This document shows positions 27,123 to 37,431 of a stretch of DNA of 56,729 bases, one piece after another. A model generated the notes under the pieces. It worked only from the letters and a program-made list of their open reading frames with translations. It ran no database searches and was not told the origin of the DNA. Position 1 is the stretch's first letter. Every line of letters starts with the position of its first letter. The position numbers and the translations under genes were made by a program. The stretch comes from Alphaproteobacteria bacterium (GTDB lineage: Bacteria; Pseudomonadota; Alphaproteobacteria; UBA9219; RGZA01). The DNA is taken from positions 1 through 56,729 of the forward strand of contig JANQEX010000091.1 in the NCBI GenBank assembly GCA_028278105.1. The letters run 5' to 3'.

Positions 27123-29273
27123 CTACACCTGCCCCAGCGTCTTGATGCGGGCGCGGGGATGGATTTCGTTTTGCGACAGGACGGGCGTCGCGGGCCGGAA
27201 GCGCTCGATGATCGAGCGCACATAGGGGCGGATGGCGGGCGAGGTGAGCAGCACCGGCGTTTCGCCCATCAGCGCGTGGCGGTCGAACACCTGCCGCACA
27301 CCGTTGATGAATTGTTGCAGGCGCGAGGGACTCATGGCCAGTTGCCTGTCTTCGCCCTCGCCGATGATGGATTCCGCGAAGGCCTGCTCCCATTCCGGCG
27401 AAAGGGTGATGAGCGGGATAAAGCCGGTCTCGCGGGTATGCGCCTCGGAAATCTGGCGGGCCATGCGCGCCCGCACATGCTCGGTGATGCTGGTGATGTT
27501 GCGCGTGACCGCCGCGGCCTCGGAAATGCCTTCCAGAATGGTCGGCAGGTCACGGATCGAGATGCGCTCGGCCAGCAGGTTTTGCAAGACGCGCTGCAAC
27601 CCGCCGATGGTGATCTGCGAGGGGATCACGTCGGCCACCAGCTTCTGGTGCTCGCGGTCCAGTTCGTCGACCAGCTTTTGCGTTTCGGCGTAGGACAGCA
27701 TTTCGGGCATGTTGTCCTTGACCACCTCGGTCAGATGCGTGGTGACCACCGTGGGCGTATCCACCACCGTATAGCCCTTGAACAGCGCCTCTTCGCGGTA
27801 AGAGGGGTCGGACCATACGGCGGGCAGGCCGAAGGCGGGCTCGGTGGTGGGCTCGCCGGGAAGGGAGATGGTTTCGCCCTTCGGGTCCATCACCAGCAGC
27901 ATGCCGGGGCGCAGCGTGCCGCGCCCGGCCTCGATCTCCTTCACCCGGATCACATAGGCGTTCGGAGCAAGCTGTAAATTGTCCTGAATGCGCACCGCCG
28001 GCAGGACGAAGCCCATTTCCGAAGCCAACTGGCGGCGCAGGCCCTTGATCTGGTCGGTGAGGCGCTGCCCGGCCTCGGTGTTGACCAGCGACAGAAGCCC
28101 GTAACCAAGCTCGATGCGCATGATGTCGATGGCCAGCGAGCGGTTGATGGGCTCTTCCGCCACCTCAAGGGGAATTTCCTCCCTTGCGGCGATTTCCTTC
28201 GCCTCGGCCATGCGATGCGTCTGCCGCATGCGCCAGGCGAAAAAGCCGATCACCCCCGCCAATCCCCAGAAGGGAAGTTTGGGAATGCCGGGCATCAGGG
28301 ACATGGCGCCCAGCAGGAAGGCGGTCATGCCAAGGGCGGCAGGATAGCCGCCTATCTGGGTCACCATGCCGGCCTGCGCCGTTTCCGTCGTGTTGGTCTT
28401 GGTGACAAGGAATCCCGCCGCCACGGAAACGATCAGCGCGGGCACCTGCGTGGCGAGCCCGTCGCCAATGGTCAGGCGGATATAGCTGTTGGCCGCTTCC
28501 ATAAAGGGCATGTCATGCATCACCATGCCGACCACCGTGCCGCCCACGATGTTCACGAAGGTGATGACCAGGCCGGCAATGGCGTCGCCGCGCACGAATT
28601 TGGAAGCGCCGTCCATCGAGCCGAAGAAATTGCTTTCCTGCTCCAACTCCTTGCGGCGGCGGCGGGCGTCTTCCTCGTTGATGAGGCCGGAGGACAGGTC
28701 GGCGTCAATCGCCATCTGCTTGCCGGGCATGGCGTCCAGGGTGAAGCGCGCCGCCACCTCGGCGATACGGGTCGATCCCTTGGTGATGACCACGAAATTG
28801 ACGATGGTCAGAATGGCGAAGACGATGATGCCGATCACGAAACTGCCGCGCATGATGAAGCCGGAAAAGGCCTCCACCACATGGCCGGCGGCATCGGCCC
28901 CTTCGTTGCCCTTGGAGAGGATCAGGCGCGTGGTGCCCAGGTTGAGCGCAAGGCGCAGCAACGTGGCGATCAGCAAAATGGTGGGGAACGAGCTAAGCTC
29001 CAGCGGCTTCTTGATGAACAGCACCGTCATCAGCACCGTCACCGAAAAAGTCAGCGACGCGGTGAGGCCGAAATCCACAACGAGCGGCGGGACCGGCAGG
29101 ATCATCATCATCAGGATGGCCACCAGCCCGACCGCCATCCAGACGTCGGAACGCTGGAACAGCCGGTTGATCTCGGCCATCTCGTCCGGCATGGCAAGGG
29201 GCTTTCCGCCGCCCCCTTCGGGGGCCGTGGGAGGCGAAGCCTCTTCAGTCGTGGTGGGCAGGGCGTTGGTCAT
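27123..29273 (-). CDS. flhA: Flagellar export gate FlhA
   Basis: RIAEVAARFTLDAMPGKQMAIDADL, FFGSMDGASKFVRGDAIAG. Confidence 0.97.
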   Translation of the reverse strand: MTNALPTTTEEASPPTAPEGGGGKPLAMPDEMAEINRLFQRSDVWMAVGLVAILMMMILPVPPLVVDFGLTASLTFSVTVLMTVLFIKKPLELSSFPTILLIATLLRLALNLGTTRLILSKGNEGADAAGHVVEAFSGFIMRGSFVIGIIVFAILTIVNFVVITKGSTRIAEVAARFTLDAMPGKQMAIDADLSSGLINEEDARRRRKELEQESNFFGSMDGASKFVRGDAIAGLVITFVNIVGGTVVGMVMHDMPFMEAANSYIRLTIGDGLATQVPALIVSVAAGFLVTKTNTTETAQAGMVTQIGGYPAALGMTAFLLGAMSLMPGIPKLPFWGLAGVIGFFAWRMRQTHRMAEAKEIAAREEIPLEVAEEPINRSLAIDIMRIELGYGLLSLVNTEAGQRLTDQIKGLRRQLASEMGFVLPAVRIQDNLQLAPNAYVIRVKEIEAGRGTLRPGMLLVMDPKGETISLPGEPTTEPAFGLPAVWSDPSYREEALFKGYTVVDTPTVVTTHLTEVVKDNMPEMLSYAETQKLVDELDREHQKLVADVIPSQITIGGLQRVLQNLLAERISIRDLPTILEGISEAAAVTRNITSITEHVRARMARQISEAHTRETGFIPLITLSPEWEQAFAESIIGEGEDRQLAMSPSRLQQFINGVRQVFDRHALMGETPVLLTSPAIRPYVRSIIERFRPATPVLSQNEIHPRARIKTLGQV

Positions 29274-29330
29274 TGCTGTCCTGAATGGTTCAACTCAACA
29301 AGCTTCATCGAAGGATACCTTGTCTGTATC

Positions 29331-29407
29331 CGGGTCGAGGGGGCGGAAGGGTCGAAAGGGTCACATTAAAAGACCCTCTCGACCCTTATGACCCTATAGA
29401 CCCTTCA
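29331..29407. repeat. GGGTC/GACCC 9-bp-period palindromic array, copy D
   Basis: cgggtcg-agggggcg-gaagggtcg-aaagggtca, spacer, gaccctctc-gacccttat-gaccctata-gacccttca. Confidence 0.85.
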
Positions 29408-29408
29408 A

Positions 29409-30791
29409 TCACGCTCCCGTAGCCTGGCTTGCCTCGCCGCCCGGCGTGGGCACGCTGACGCCCCGGTCGGAATATTCCTTCAGCTTGTTGCGCAGCGTGC
29501 GGATCGAAATGCCAAGAATGTTCGCGGCGTGGGTGCGGTTGCCAAGGCAATGCTGGAGCGTTTCCAGGATAAGGTCGCGCTCCACGTCGGCGACGGTGCG
29601 GCCCACCATGGCGCCGGGCACGTAATTGGCATTGGCCACCGACTGGCCGACCTTCGCCGCCGTGCCCATGGGCTGGCCGCCTTGCGCGGCCTGCCCGCCG
29701 GAAAGCACGATGGCGGAATCGTCAATCTCCTCGCCCCGCGCCATCAGCACCGCGCGGTGGATGCAGTTTTCCAGTTCACGCACATTGCCGCGCCAGGCAT
29801 GCGCCTGCAAAAGCGGCAGCACGTTTCCGGCCAAGGGCTTCACCGGCAGGCCGTTGGCTTCGGAAAACTTGGCCACGAAATGCTCGGCCAGCGGTTTCAT
29901 GTCCAGCGGGCGCTCGCGCAGGGACGGCAGGCGGATCGCCATCACGTTCAGGCGGAAGTAAAGGTCTTCGCGGAAACGCCTGGCGCGGACTTCCTCTTCC
30001 ATGTTGCGGTTGGACGTGGCGATGATGCGCACATCCACCTTGATGGGCTGGCTGCCGCCCACGCGGTCGATCTCGCGTTCCTGCAGCACGCGCAACAGCT
30101 TGGCCTGAAGGCGCAGGTCCATCTCGGAAATTTCGTCCAGCAGGATGGTGCCGCCCGAAGCCTCCTCGAACTTGCCGATGCGCCGCGCCACCGCGCCGGT
30201 GAAGGCGCCTTTCTCGTGGCCGAACAATTCGGATTCCAGAAGCTGGTCGGGAATGGCGGCGCAGTTGACCGCCACGAAATTCTGCGCCGAACGCGGGCTC
30301 TTGCGGTGAATATACTGGGCCAGAACCTCCTTGCCCGTTCCGGACTCGCCGGTCACCAGCACCGAGGCCACGCTGGGCGCCACCTTTCCGGCAAGCTCCA
30401 CGGCGGCTTTCATCGCGGGATCCGCGGCGATCAGGGCATGGCTTTCGGCCGTCACGGCCTCCAGCACCGCGGCGATCAGTTCGGCATCGGGGGGCAGGGG
30501 GATGTATTCCTTCGCTCCGGCCTTGATGGCGCGCACCGCGGCGTCGGCATCGTTGCCGAGCCCGCAGGCCACCACCGGCACGTTGATGCGCTCGGCCTTG
30601 ATCTGGTTGATCAGATCGCCCACCTCGCTTTTCACGTCGACCATGACCAGATCAATGCCCGCGCCCGAACGCAACACGTTCATCGCGCCGGAAACCGTGT
30701 CGATGTGCGACACTTTCGCGCCGCGCTGATGCGCGATCTTGCCCGCGACCGCGATGGGGCCCTGCATGGCGCCGATAATCAGAAGCCGCAT
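29409..30791 (-). CDS. flbD: Sigma54-dependent flagellar activator FlbD
   Basis: MRLLIIG receiver, GESGTGKE, GAFTGA, C-terminal GNRTHAANILGISIRTLRNKL. Confidence 0.92.
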   Translation of the reverse strand: MRLLIIGAMQGPIAVAGKIAHQRGAKVSHIDTVSGAMNVLRSGAGIDLVMVDVKSEVGDLINQIKAERINVPVVACGLGNDADAAVRAIKAGAKEYIPLPPDAELIAAVLEAVTAESHALIAADPAMKAAVELAGKVAPSVASVLVTGESGTGKEVLAQYIHRKSPRSAQNFVAVNCAAIPDQLLESELFGHEKGAFTGAVARRIGKFEEASGGTILLDEISEMDLRLQAKLLRVLQEREIDRVGGSQPIKVDVRIIATSNRNMEEEVRARRFREDLYFRLNVMAIRLPSLRERPLDMKPLAEHFVAKFSEANGLPVKPLAGNVLPLLQAHAWRGNVRELENCIHRAVLMARGEEIDDSAIVLSGGQAAQGGQPMGTAAKVGQSVANANYVPGAMVGRTVADVERDLILETLQHCLGNRTHAANILGISIRTLRNKLKEYSDRGVSVPTPGGEASQATGA

Positions 30792-30840
30792 GATGTTTCC
30801 TTTCCATAAACCGTGAATGATCCAAATCCTTCAAACCCTG

Positions 30841-31170
30841 CTAACCCTGGCCCTGCCGTTCGGCCTTGATGATTTCCGTCATGGTGATGCCCAGGCGGTC
30901 TTCCACCACCACCACCTCGCCGCGGGCGACAAGGCGGTTGTTGACGTAAATATCGATGGCCTCGCCGACTTTCCGGTCCAGCTCCACCACCGCGCCACGG
31001 CCGAGCTTGAGCAGGCTGGACACCGGCATGGTGGCCTTGCCCAGAACGGCGGCCACTTCGACCGGCACGGCGTAAACCGCGTCAAGCTGGTCCACGGTCA
31101 CGTGCGCGCCTTCGGGCGGCGGCGCGCCGCCATTCAACTCGCTGAGGGTGAGGGATTCCTTTTCTGACAT
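30841..31170 (-). CDS. fliN: Flagellar motor switch protein FliN
   Basis: LLKLGRGAVVELDRKVGEAIDIYVNNRLVARGEVVVV. Confidence 0.95.
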   Translation of the reverse strand: MSEKESLTLSELNGGAPPPEGAHVTVDQLDAVYAVPVEVAAVLGKATMPVSSLLKLGRGAVVELDRKVGEAIDIYVNNRLVARGEVVVVEDRLGITMTEIIKAERQGQG

Positions 31171-31185
31171 GACGCTACTCCTTTT

Positions 31186-31881
31186 TTAAACGGCGATATC
31201 GGTTGTGGAAGAGGGGGCCTCTTCCGGCGCGGGCGCGACGGGCGGCGCGGGAAGGGGAACCTGGCCATCATGGCGAATGATCTGGCGCTCGGCCTCCGAC
31301 CAGACCAGCCCCACATTGCGCTCCATGCCGCCATCGGCCCATTCCAAGCGGCAATCCTGCTCGCCCAGCGCATTGTCGGCCAGCACGATGATCTTGCCGG
31401 CAAAGCCAAGGCGGGAGGTGATGTCGCCCAGCGGCGCGCCGATGTTGTCGAAAAGCGAGTCATGCACGCGCAGCACAAGGCGCGGCTCGTTGATCATCTC
31501 GGCAATGCTGGATTCAATCGCGGCGTTGATTTCGGAAAGGGCGTTTTTGCGCGCGGTCTCAGGCAGGATCTTGCGCGCCACGGTCAGCGCGATGCCGCAG
31601 GCGGCGTGCTTTTGCTGGTCATAAACACTCCACACGTCGCGGGCCAGGTTCGAAAGAAGTCCTTCAATATTCTGCAAAACGGCCGCCTGCTTCTGCGCGA
31701 TATCCTGCAGGGCCGCCTGGCGGCCCTCGGTCCGGCCTTCCTCGCGCCCGGCCTGCCGTGCCGCGGCGACATCGGCCTCGCTGAAAACGGGCGCGGCGTC
31801 CTTCTCTTCCTTCTTCCTCAGAACCGAAGGATCGAAGGACTGGTCGAACAGGAATGGCTTGCGGGAAGCGTCGGTCATCAA
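31186..31881 (-). CDS. fliH: Flagellar assembly protein FliH
   Basis: FLFDQSFD start, GxxxG repeats, [13 protein letters not shown]; between fliG and fliN. Confidence 0.88.
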   Translation of the reverse strand: MMTDASRKPFLFDQSFDPSVLRKKEEKDAAPVFSEADVAAARQAGREEGRTEGRQAALQDIAQKQAAVLQNIEGLLSNLARDVWSVYDQQKHAACGIALTVARKILPETARKNALSEINAAIESSIAEMINEPRLVLRVHDSLFDNIGAPLGDITSRLGFAGKIIVLADNALGEQDCRLEWADGGMERNVGLVWSEAERQIIRHDGQVPLPAPPVAPAPEEAPSSTTDIAV

Positions 31882-32900
31882 TAAACCATCTCCTCCTCTT
31901 CGCCGCCGCGCGTGATGTTGATTTCGCCCTTGGCGGCAAGATCCTTGGCGTTAACGACCAGCGCGGCCTGCGCCTCGTCCACGTCGCGCAGGCGCACGGG
32001 GCCGAGGCTCGCGATTTCTTCCTTGAGCAGCTTGGAGGCGCGTTCCGACATGTTGCTGAAGAACAGGTCGCGCAGGGTTTCGGACGCGCCCTTCAGGGCG
32101 GGCGGCAGCTTGGCCTTGTCCACCACCCGCAGCAGGGCCTGGATGCCGGCGGGATCGAGGCGGCCAAGGTCCTCGAAGGTAAACATGAGGTTCTTGATTT
32201 TCTCGGAGGCGTCGCGGTTGCGTTCCTCAAGGGCGCTCAGGAACTTGGCTTCGGAGGAGCGGTCGAGATTGTTGAAGATTTCCGCCATCATTTCATGCGC
32301 GTCGCGGCGGTTGGTGCGGGCGAGGTTGCTCATGAACTCGGTGCGCAGCGTGCGCTCGATGTCGTCCAGCACGTCCTTTTGAACGGATTCCATGCGCAGC
32401 ATGCGCATGATGACTTCCATGGCGAAGCTTTCGGGCAACTGGCCCAGAACCCGCGCGGCGTGGTCCGGCTTGATCTTGGACATGACCACCGCCACCGTCT
32501 GCGGATATTCGTTTTTCAGATAGTTGGCCAGAAGGCTTTCATTGACGTTGGCCAGCTTGTCCCACATGGTGCGGCCGGCCGGGCCGCGGATGTCTTCCAG
32601 AATATTGTCGACCTTGCCGCGGTCCAGCACCTTCATCAGCAGGCGCTCCGTGGATTCCAGCGAGCCCATCAGCGCGCCGGTGGACGACATCTGCTCGGCG
32701 AACTCCATGAACAGCTTTTCGACGAGGTTCGAGGAAATGTTTCCAAGGTTCGCCATGACCTGCGAGATTTCCTTGATCTCGTCATCGCTCATCAGCGAGA
32801 AAAGCTTGGAGGCGTTCTCCTCGCCCAGCGACAGGATCATCACCGCCGCCTTTTCGGCGCCGCTGAGGGCGCGCACATCTTCACGAACGCGGGTCGCCAT
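31878..32900 (-). CDS. fliG: Flagellar motor switch protein FliG
   Basis: [42 protein letters not shown]. Confidence 0.96.
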   Translation of the reverse strand: MATRVREDVRALSGAEKAAVMILSLGEENASKLFSLMSDDEIKEISQVMANLGNISSNLVEKLFMEFAEQMSSTGALMGSLESTERLLMKVLDRGKVDNILEDIRGPAGRTMWDKLANVNESLLANYLKNEYPQTVAVVMSKIKPDHAARVLGQLPESFAMEVIMRMLRMESVQKDVLDDIERTLRTEFMSNLARTNRRDAHEMMAEIFNNLDRSSEAKFLSALEERNRDASEKIKNLMFTFEDLGRLDPAGIQALLRVVDKAKLPPALKGASETLRDLFFSNMSERASKLLKEEIASLGPVRLRDVDEAQAALVVNAKDLAAKGEINITRGGEEEEMVY

Positions 32901-32903
32901 GCA

Positions 32904-34589
32904 TCACGTCTCCTGATAGATCCAGTTGCGCAGGATGGACACGGCCTCTTCGGGATGCTTTTCCACGATTTCGCCCACCTTGCGCACGCTGGAAGCCTTC
33001 ACCCGGCCTTCCACGCGGGAAATGTCGATCATTTTTTCAAGCTGGTCGTCTTCCTGCTCGGCTTCCGCCGAAAGCTGGGTGGAAAGCGCGCCGCCCGGCG
33101 GCGGCAGCTTGGCCGGGCCGCCCGCGGGCACGCCGGCCGCGCTGGTCAGAAGATTGCCCGTCCCGCCGCCGCCGGCAATCGCGCCGCCGGTCGCGCCCAC
33201 CGCGCCTTCCAGCACCTGGCGCAGGATGGGCCGCACCACCAGCAAGACGGCCAGCAGTCCCACCACCGCCATGATGACCGATTCCATCATGCGCATGATG
33301 TCGGCAACCGGCAGACCCATCAGGCCTTCGTCGTCCTGCATCGCGCCATCCATGGCCGACAGGAACCGCATGTTGACCACTTCCAGCGTGTCGCCGCGCG
33401 CCGCGTCGATGTTGACCGCGCTGCGAACCAGCGCCCGGATCTGGTCCATCTCCTCCTTGCCACGGGGCTTGTAGGTTTCCTTGCCTTCGCCGTCCTTGTC
33501 GTAGATGCCGTCCACCAGCACCGCGACCGTCTGCTTGCGGATATTGCCGCTTTCGCGCACCTGGTTGCGCACCGTTTTGTTGATTTCGTAATTGACGGTT
33601 TCTTCCGTATGGCTGCTCTTGTTGGAATTGCCGCCGGACGCCGCCACATCCTGCGCGGAGGGCAGGTTGTTGGCCAGGCTCACGCCGCCGCCCGCGGATT
33701 CATTGCTGGTGTCTTCGCCGGAAATGGTTTGCGTGGACCGCACCACCTGGCCGTCGGGGTCATAGATTTCCGACTGGGTGCTGACCTTGTCGAAATCCAT
33801 CTCCACCGACACCTGCGCCCGCACCTTGCCATACCCCAGCGAGCGCGAAAGCAGTTCTTCAATCTTCTTGGCCTGCCTCCTTTCGTAATTCGCGCGCATT
33901 TCCTCGCGGTTGCCGGTTTCCATCCCGTCGCCTTCGACGCCCGCCGTGCGGGCCAGGAGATTCCCGCGATTGTCAACCACCGAGACGCTTTCGGGCATCA
34001 GGTTCGGCACGGCGGCGGAAACCAGTTGCCGCACCGACGCCACCTGCTCCTTGGAAAGGCTGGCGCCGCCGCGCATCTTCACGAAGACGCTGGCGGTGGA
34101 TTTTTGCTCGGTCCGGCTGAACATTTCGCGCCGGGGCAGAACCAGATGCACCCGCGCCGCCTGAACGGGAGCAAGGGTGCTGATGGTGCGGGCCAGCTCG
34201 CCCTCCAGCGCGCGCAAATGGTTGATGTTCTGCACGAAGCTGGTGGTGGAGAATCCGTCTTTCTGGTCGAAAATCTCGTAGCCGATTGATCCGCCGCGCG
34301 GCAATCCGGCCTGCGCCATTTCCATGCGCAACTGGCCCACCACGTCGCTTGGAACCTTGATGCTGGAGCCGCCCGAACCCACTTCGTAGGGAATTTTCCT
34401 GGCCTCAAGCTGGCTGATGATCGCCCCGCCGTCCGAAGGATCGAGGTTGCTGTAAAGCAACGCCATCGGCCCCGTCGCCATTTTGGTCGTGAGAAATCCG
34501 AAAAAAATCACCACGGTCAGAACCAGACCGGCCAGCGCCGCGAGGCGGACGGGACCCATGCCCCTCAGGGTTTGAACGAGTTGATTCAC
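32904..34589 (-). CDS. fliF: Flagellar MS-ring protein FliF
   Basis: GYEIFD, RALEGELARTI, ARVHLVLP, ASVFV, NYEI; GTG start at 34589 chosen. Confidence 0.95.
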   Translation of the reverse strand: MNQLVQTLRGMGPVRLAALAGLVLTVVIFFGFLTTKMATGPMALLYSNLDPSDGGAIISQLEARKIPYEVGSGGSSIKVPSDVVGQLRMEMAQAGLPRGGSIGYEIFDQKDGFSTTSFVQNINHLRALEGELARTISTLAPVQAARVHLVLPRREMFSRTEQKSTASVFVKMRGGASLSKEQVASVRQLVSAAVPNLMPESVSVVDNRGNLLARTAGVEGDGMETGNREEMRANYERRQAKKIEELLSRSLGYGKVRAQVSVEMDFDKVSTQSEIYDPDGQVVRSTQTISGEDTSNESAGGGVSLANNLPSAQDVAASGGNSNKSSHTEETVNYEINKTVRNQVRESGNIRKQTVAVLVDGIYDKDGEGKETYKPRGKEEMDQIRALVRSAVNIDAARGDTLEVVNMRFLSAMDGAMQDDEGLMGLPVADIMRMMESVIMAVVGLLAVLLVVRPILRQVLEGAVGATGGAIAGGGGTGNLLTSAAGVPAGGPAKLPPPGGALSTQLSAEAEQEDDQLEKMIDISRVEGRVKASSVRKVGEIVEKHPEEAVSILRNWIYQET

Positions 34590-34728
34590 GAAACGACTCC
34601 GGATGAAGCAGGAAAATCTTGATATATCGAGGGACAAACCGAAGATCGGACGCGGCGGACAGGCTTGACGGGGGATTGTTGCGCTGGCCACCACAACCGT
34701 GTGTGAGACCAATTAGAGGCCGGTTTTA

Positions 34729-34765
34729 TGAAAAGTTTCTTAACGCAACCGGCAAAATTTTCCCC
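34729..34765 (-). promoter_or_regulatory. fliF promoter region: CtrA-box-like site next to an ftr-like site
   Basis: Minus strand TTAA-gaaactt-TTCA (34729-34743) beside CCGGCAAAATTTTCCCC (34749-34765). Confidence 0.45.
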
Positions 34766-34877
34766 GCTGCCCGTTAGTCAGCAAATATTTTCGAAACTTG
34801 AACAAACCAGGAGAATCCATGAAACAGTTGAGCCTGTTCCATTATTGCGAAGATGCTGAAACAGGCCAAAAAATAAC

Positions 34878-35082
34878 CCGTCATGCCCGCGACCCGTCTT
34901 CGCTAAAGCTACGCCGGGCGGTTTTGCAAGCTCGCCCTGCGAAGCCGAAGGCGAAGCAGGGAGGCGGGCATCCACGCTTGAAATCTAAATAAATCAAAAG
35001 ATTATAAGCGTGGACTCTCGCCGGAGCCTGTCCTCGCGCAGGCGGGGACGGGGGTGGCGGTCCATGTTTTCGGAATGAGTCT
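34878..35082. repeat. Inverted family-3 REP doublet with nested inserts
   Basis: CGTCATGCCCGCG[inserts]GCGGGCATCCACGCT; GGTCCATGTTTTCGGAATGAGT resembles the reverse complement of 1918-1940. Confidence 0.65.
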
Positions 35083-35100
35083 CCTCAACGGCCTCTAATC

Positions 35101-37164
35101 ATGAGATTTCCCTTTTTTTCCAGCGCCCCGCCGCCGCTTTTCCCGAAAAGCCCCTTGGCTTGGGCGGTATTCGGCGCAACGCTGGCAATGATTTTATTTT
35201 ACGCCTGGTCGGCGGGGACCGTTCTTGTCCTGCCCGACGTTCTTTATTTCGCCGACCGGGCCCGGCATTTGCTGGAAGAGGGGACTTTCGCCCAAAGCGC
35301 TTTCTATCCCTCCGTCCCGCCGCTTTACGGCCTGCTGCTTCTGCCGGTTTATATTTTTGAAAACCTGAAAACCGGCCATGCGCTGCTGGTGGTGGTTCAA
35401 TCCTTGCTGCTGGCCTCGGCCTGGTTTCCGTTGCGCGGGCTGATCCTGAACAACGGCGCGGAAGACAAGGCCGCGGCGAGCTTTCTGGCCGGACTTGTTC
35501 TGCTGTTGCCGGCTTTTGCCTCCTACGCGCCGCTGACGACGCCGGAAGCCCTGCTGATCCCGCTGCTGATATACGCGGTTTATTTTCTGGACCGGATTTT
35601 TTCCCAAAAAGCGGACGCCGCGGCAGGGTGGGGGGCCGGACTGTTCCTGGGCCTCGCCGCCCTGACGCAACAAAGTGCTTCGGTCATATGGCTCGCCGCC
35701 GTTATCAGCCTTGCCCTGACTCGTCCGTTCAAGTCCGGCGCGAGGGAACGCCGCGCGGTCCTGACGGTGGCGCTGCTTCCCCCTCTTCTCTGGCTGGCAT
35801 GGCGGGGAATGTCTTTCCTGATGGGCGAGGCCGTGGATCAGCCTTTTGCCTTCAACAACGCGCTGGCGCGATTCAACTTCGTCAAGAACGCCCTGCTTTA
35901 CATCTGCTACGGCGGCGCGCCTTTGGCGGGACTGGCGCTGGTCCTGGCCGGGCTGATGAAGGGAAAATCCTTCTGGCGCGAGCCGTTCTTCCGCTTCAGC
36001 TTTCTGGCGCTGGCGGGCGTTGCGCTTTACGCCGCCTTCACCAACGACGTGATCGTCGCCAAAAAGCTGGATTACATCACCAACCGCGTGATCGAGCCTT
36101 ACCTGTTCCTGCCGCTGATCGTGTTTTTGCGGCTGGACGGCGGCACAAGGCGCGAAATCCTGACCAACGGGCTGATGATCCTGTTCGTGCTGATGGTTCT
36201 TGGCCTGCCGGGCGCGCTGAATCTGGATTTCATCAGCGGCTTCGCCTTTTTCACGGGGACGGCCCTCACCCCTGCTGGCGTTCTGACGCGCAACGTGCTG
36301 TATCTGGCGCTGGCCGCCCTGCTGGTGCTGGCGCTTTATCTGCGCCCCAAATCATTCCTTCCGGTCTATGCGCTTGTGCTGCTTTTCGTGACGGGCGCGG
36401 GGCTGACCGCCGCGTCGGGCTGGTGGCGGGGACAGGATGACGCGCAGTTCGCCGCGATGCCGGCGCAAGCCTTCGCCCGGAACCCGGAGTTCCGCGCAGC
36501 CGGAAAAATCTATCTCGACACGCGCTGCAAGGAAGGCCGGAGCAGCGACGTGGCCTATCTCTACGGCTGTTTCGACATGAGCAAATCGGCCTATTTCCTG
36601 CCCAAACCGCCAAAACCGCTCCGCGCGGCGCAGATCGCGGAACGGCCGTTTGAGGAAATCGACGGCGCGCTTTTCGCTTCCACCGAAAATGACAACCGCC
36701 TCGGCCCCACCGTGGCGCAGGCGGGGATGACCCGTTTCGTGCGCCTGTCGAAAGACAGCTTGCATGAACTGAAAACAACGCCCCTTGTCCAGATCACGGG
36801 CATCAAAGGGCTGCGCCAATACATCAACATTCCCGTCAGGGGCCGTCTGCGGCGCATGACCATGCTGGACCAGGAATCCTCTTTCACGCTCAGGGCCAGC
36901 CGGACGGGCTGCTCGCGTTTTTCAGCGCTGCTGTTTGCCGACGACCATCCCCGCAAGCTGGCGTTTCGCCTCAACGACGGCAGAACGCGGACAATCCGCG
37001 TGCCCGTGCTTGGCCACGGGCCGCAACGCCCCGCCTCAATAACGCTGCGTTTGCCGGAAGGGGAGTCGGTGCTGCACCTCAGCTATGGCGGCAAGGATGA
37101 TTTGCCGCAAATCCGTAACCTGATCCTGTTCGAGAAACCTGTTTTCGAAAGCTGCGGACGTTAA
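35101..37164 (+). CDS. Polytopic membrane protein, possible GT-C fold glycosyltransferase
   Basis: About 12 hydrophobic segments, PD..Y in the first loop, PPLY and PEAL..PL motifs, soluble C-terminal domain. Confidence 0.55.
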   Translation: MRFPFFSSAPPPLFPKSPLAWAVFGATLAMILFYAWSAGTVLVLPDVLYFADRARHLLEEGTFAQSAFYPSVPPLYGLLLLPVYIFENLKTGHALLVVVQSLLLASAWFPLRGLILNNGAEDKAAASFLAGLVLLLPAFASYAPLTTPEALLIPLLIYAVYFLDRIFSQKADAAAGWGAGLFLGLAALTQQSASVIWLAAVISLALTRPFKSGARERRAVLTVALLPPLLWLAWRGMSFLMGEAVDQPFAFNNALARFNFVKNALLYICYGGAPLAGLALVLAGLMKGKSFWREPFFRFSFLALAGVALYAAFTNDVIVAKKLDYITNRVIEPYLFLPLIVFLRLDGGTRREILTNGLMILFVLMVLGLPGALNLDFISGFAFFTGTALTPAGVLTRNVLYLALAALLVLALYLRPKSFLPVYALVLLFVTGAGLTAASGWWRGQDDAQFAAMPAQAFARNPEFRAAGKIYLDTRCKEGRSSDVAYLYGCFDMSKSAYFLPKPPKPLRAAQIAERPFEEIDGALFASTENDNRLGPTVAQAGMTRFVRLSKDSLHELKTTPLVQITGIKGLRQYINIPVRGRLRRMTMLDQESSFTLRASRTGCSRFSALLFADDHPRKLAFRLNDGRTRTIRVPVLGHGPQRPASITLRLPEGESVLHLSYGGKDDLPQIRNLILFEKPVFESCGR

Positions 37165-37356
37165 AAAAACAGGCCTCCCCGCAAAAGCGGGGATTTCCGG
37201 GCGGGCTCACGCGATGAGACGCCGCGCGAAGGGACGTGGATTAACCTTGTAAGGGAAAACGCGCGCAGGACGGTTTTTCACGCGGTTGCGTGGGAAAAAA
37301 CTGTTTCCTGCAATAAAAACTTCTGATAGTTCATTGCCTTTCCGAGTAAACCAAAT

Positions 37357-37431
37357 GCTGCCGTAGCTCAGGGGTAGAGCACGTCCTTGGTAAGGACGGG
37401 GTCGGAGGTTCAATTCCTCTCGGCAGCACCA
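37357..37431 (+). tRNA. tRNA-Thr(GGT)
   Basis: Acceptor GCTGCCG/CGGCAGC, anticodon arm CGTCC-TTGGTAA-GGACG, GGTTCAATTCC T-loop, encoded CCA. Confidence 0.97.

Noticed and set aside
31854-34289. 811-aa plus-strand ORF and other long antisense ORFs (8360-10138, 15132-16784, 25213-26988, 29529-30809, 42014-43186, 48790-50001)
   Set aside because: They lie opposite well-identified genes and carry no motifs; typical shadow ORFs of high-GC codon usage.
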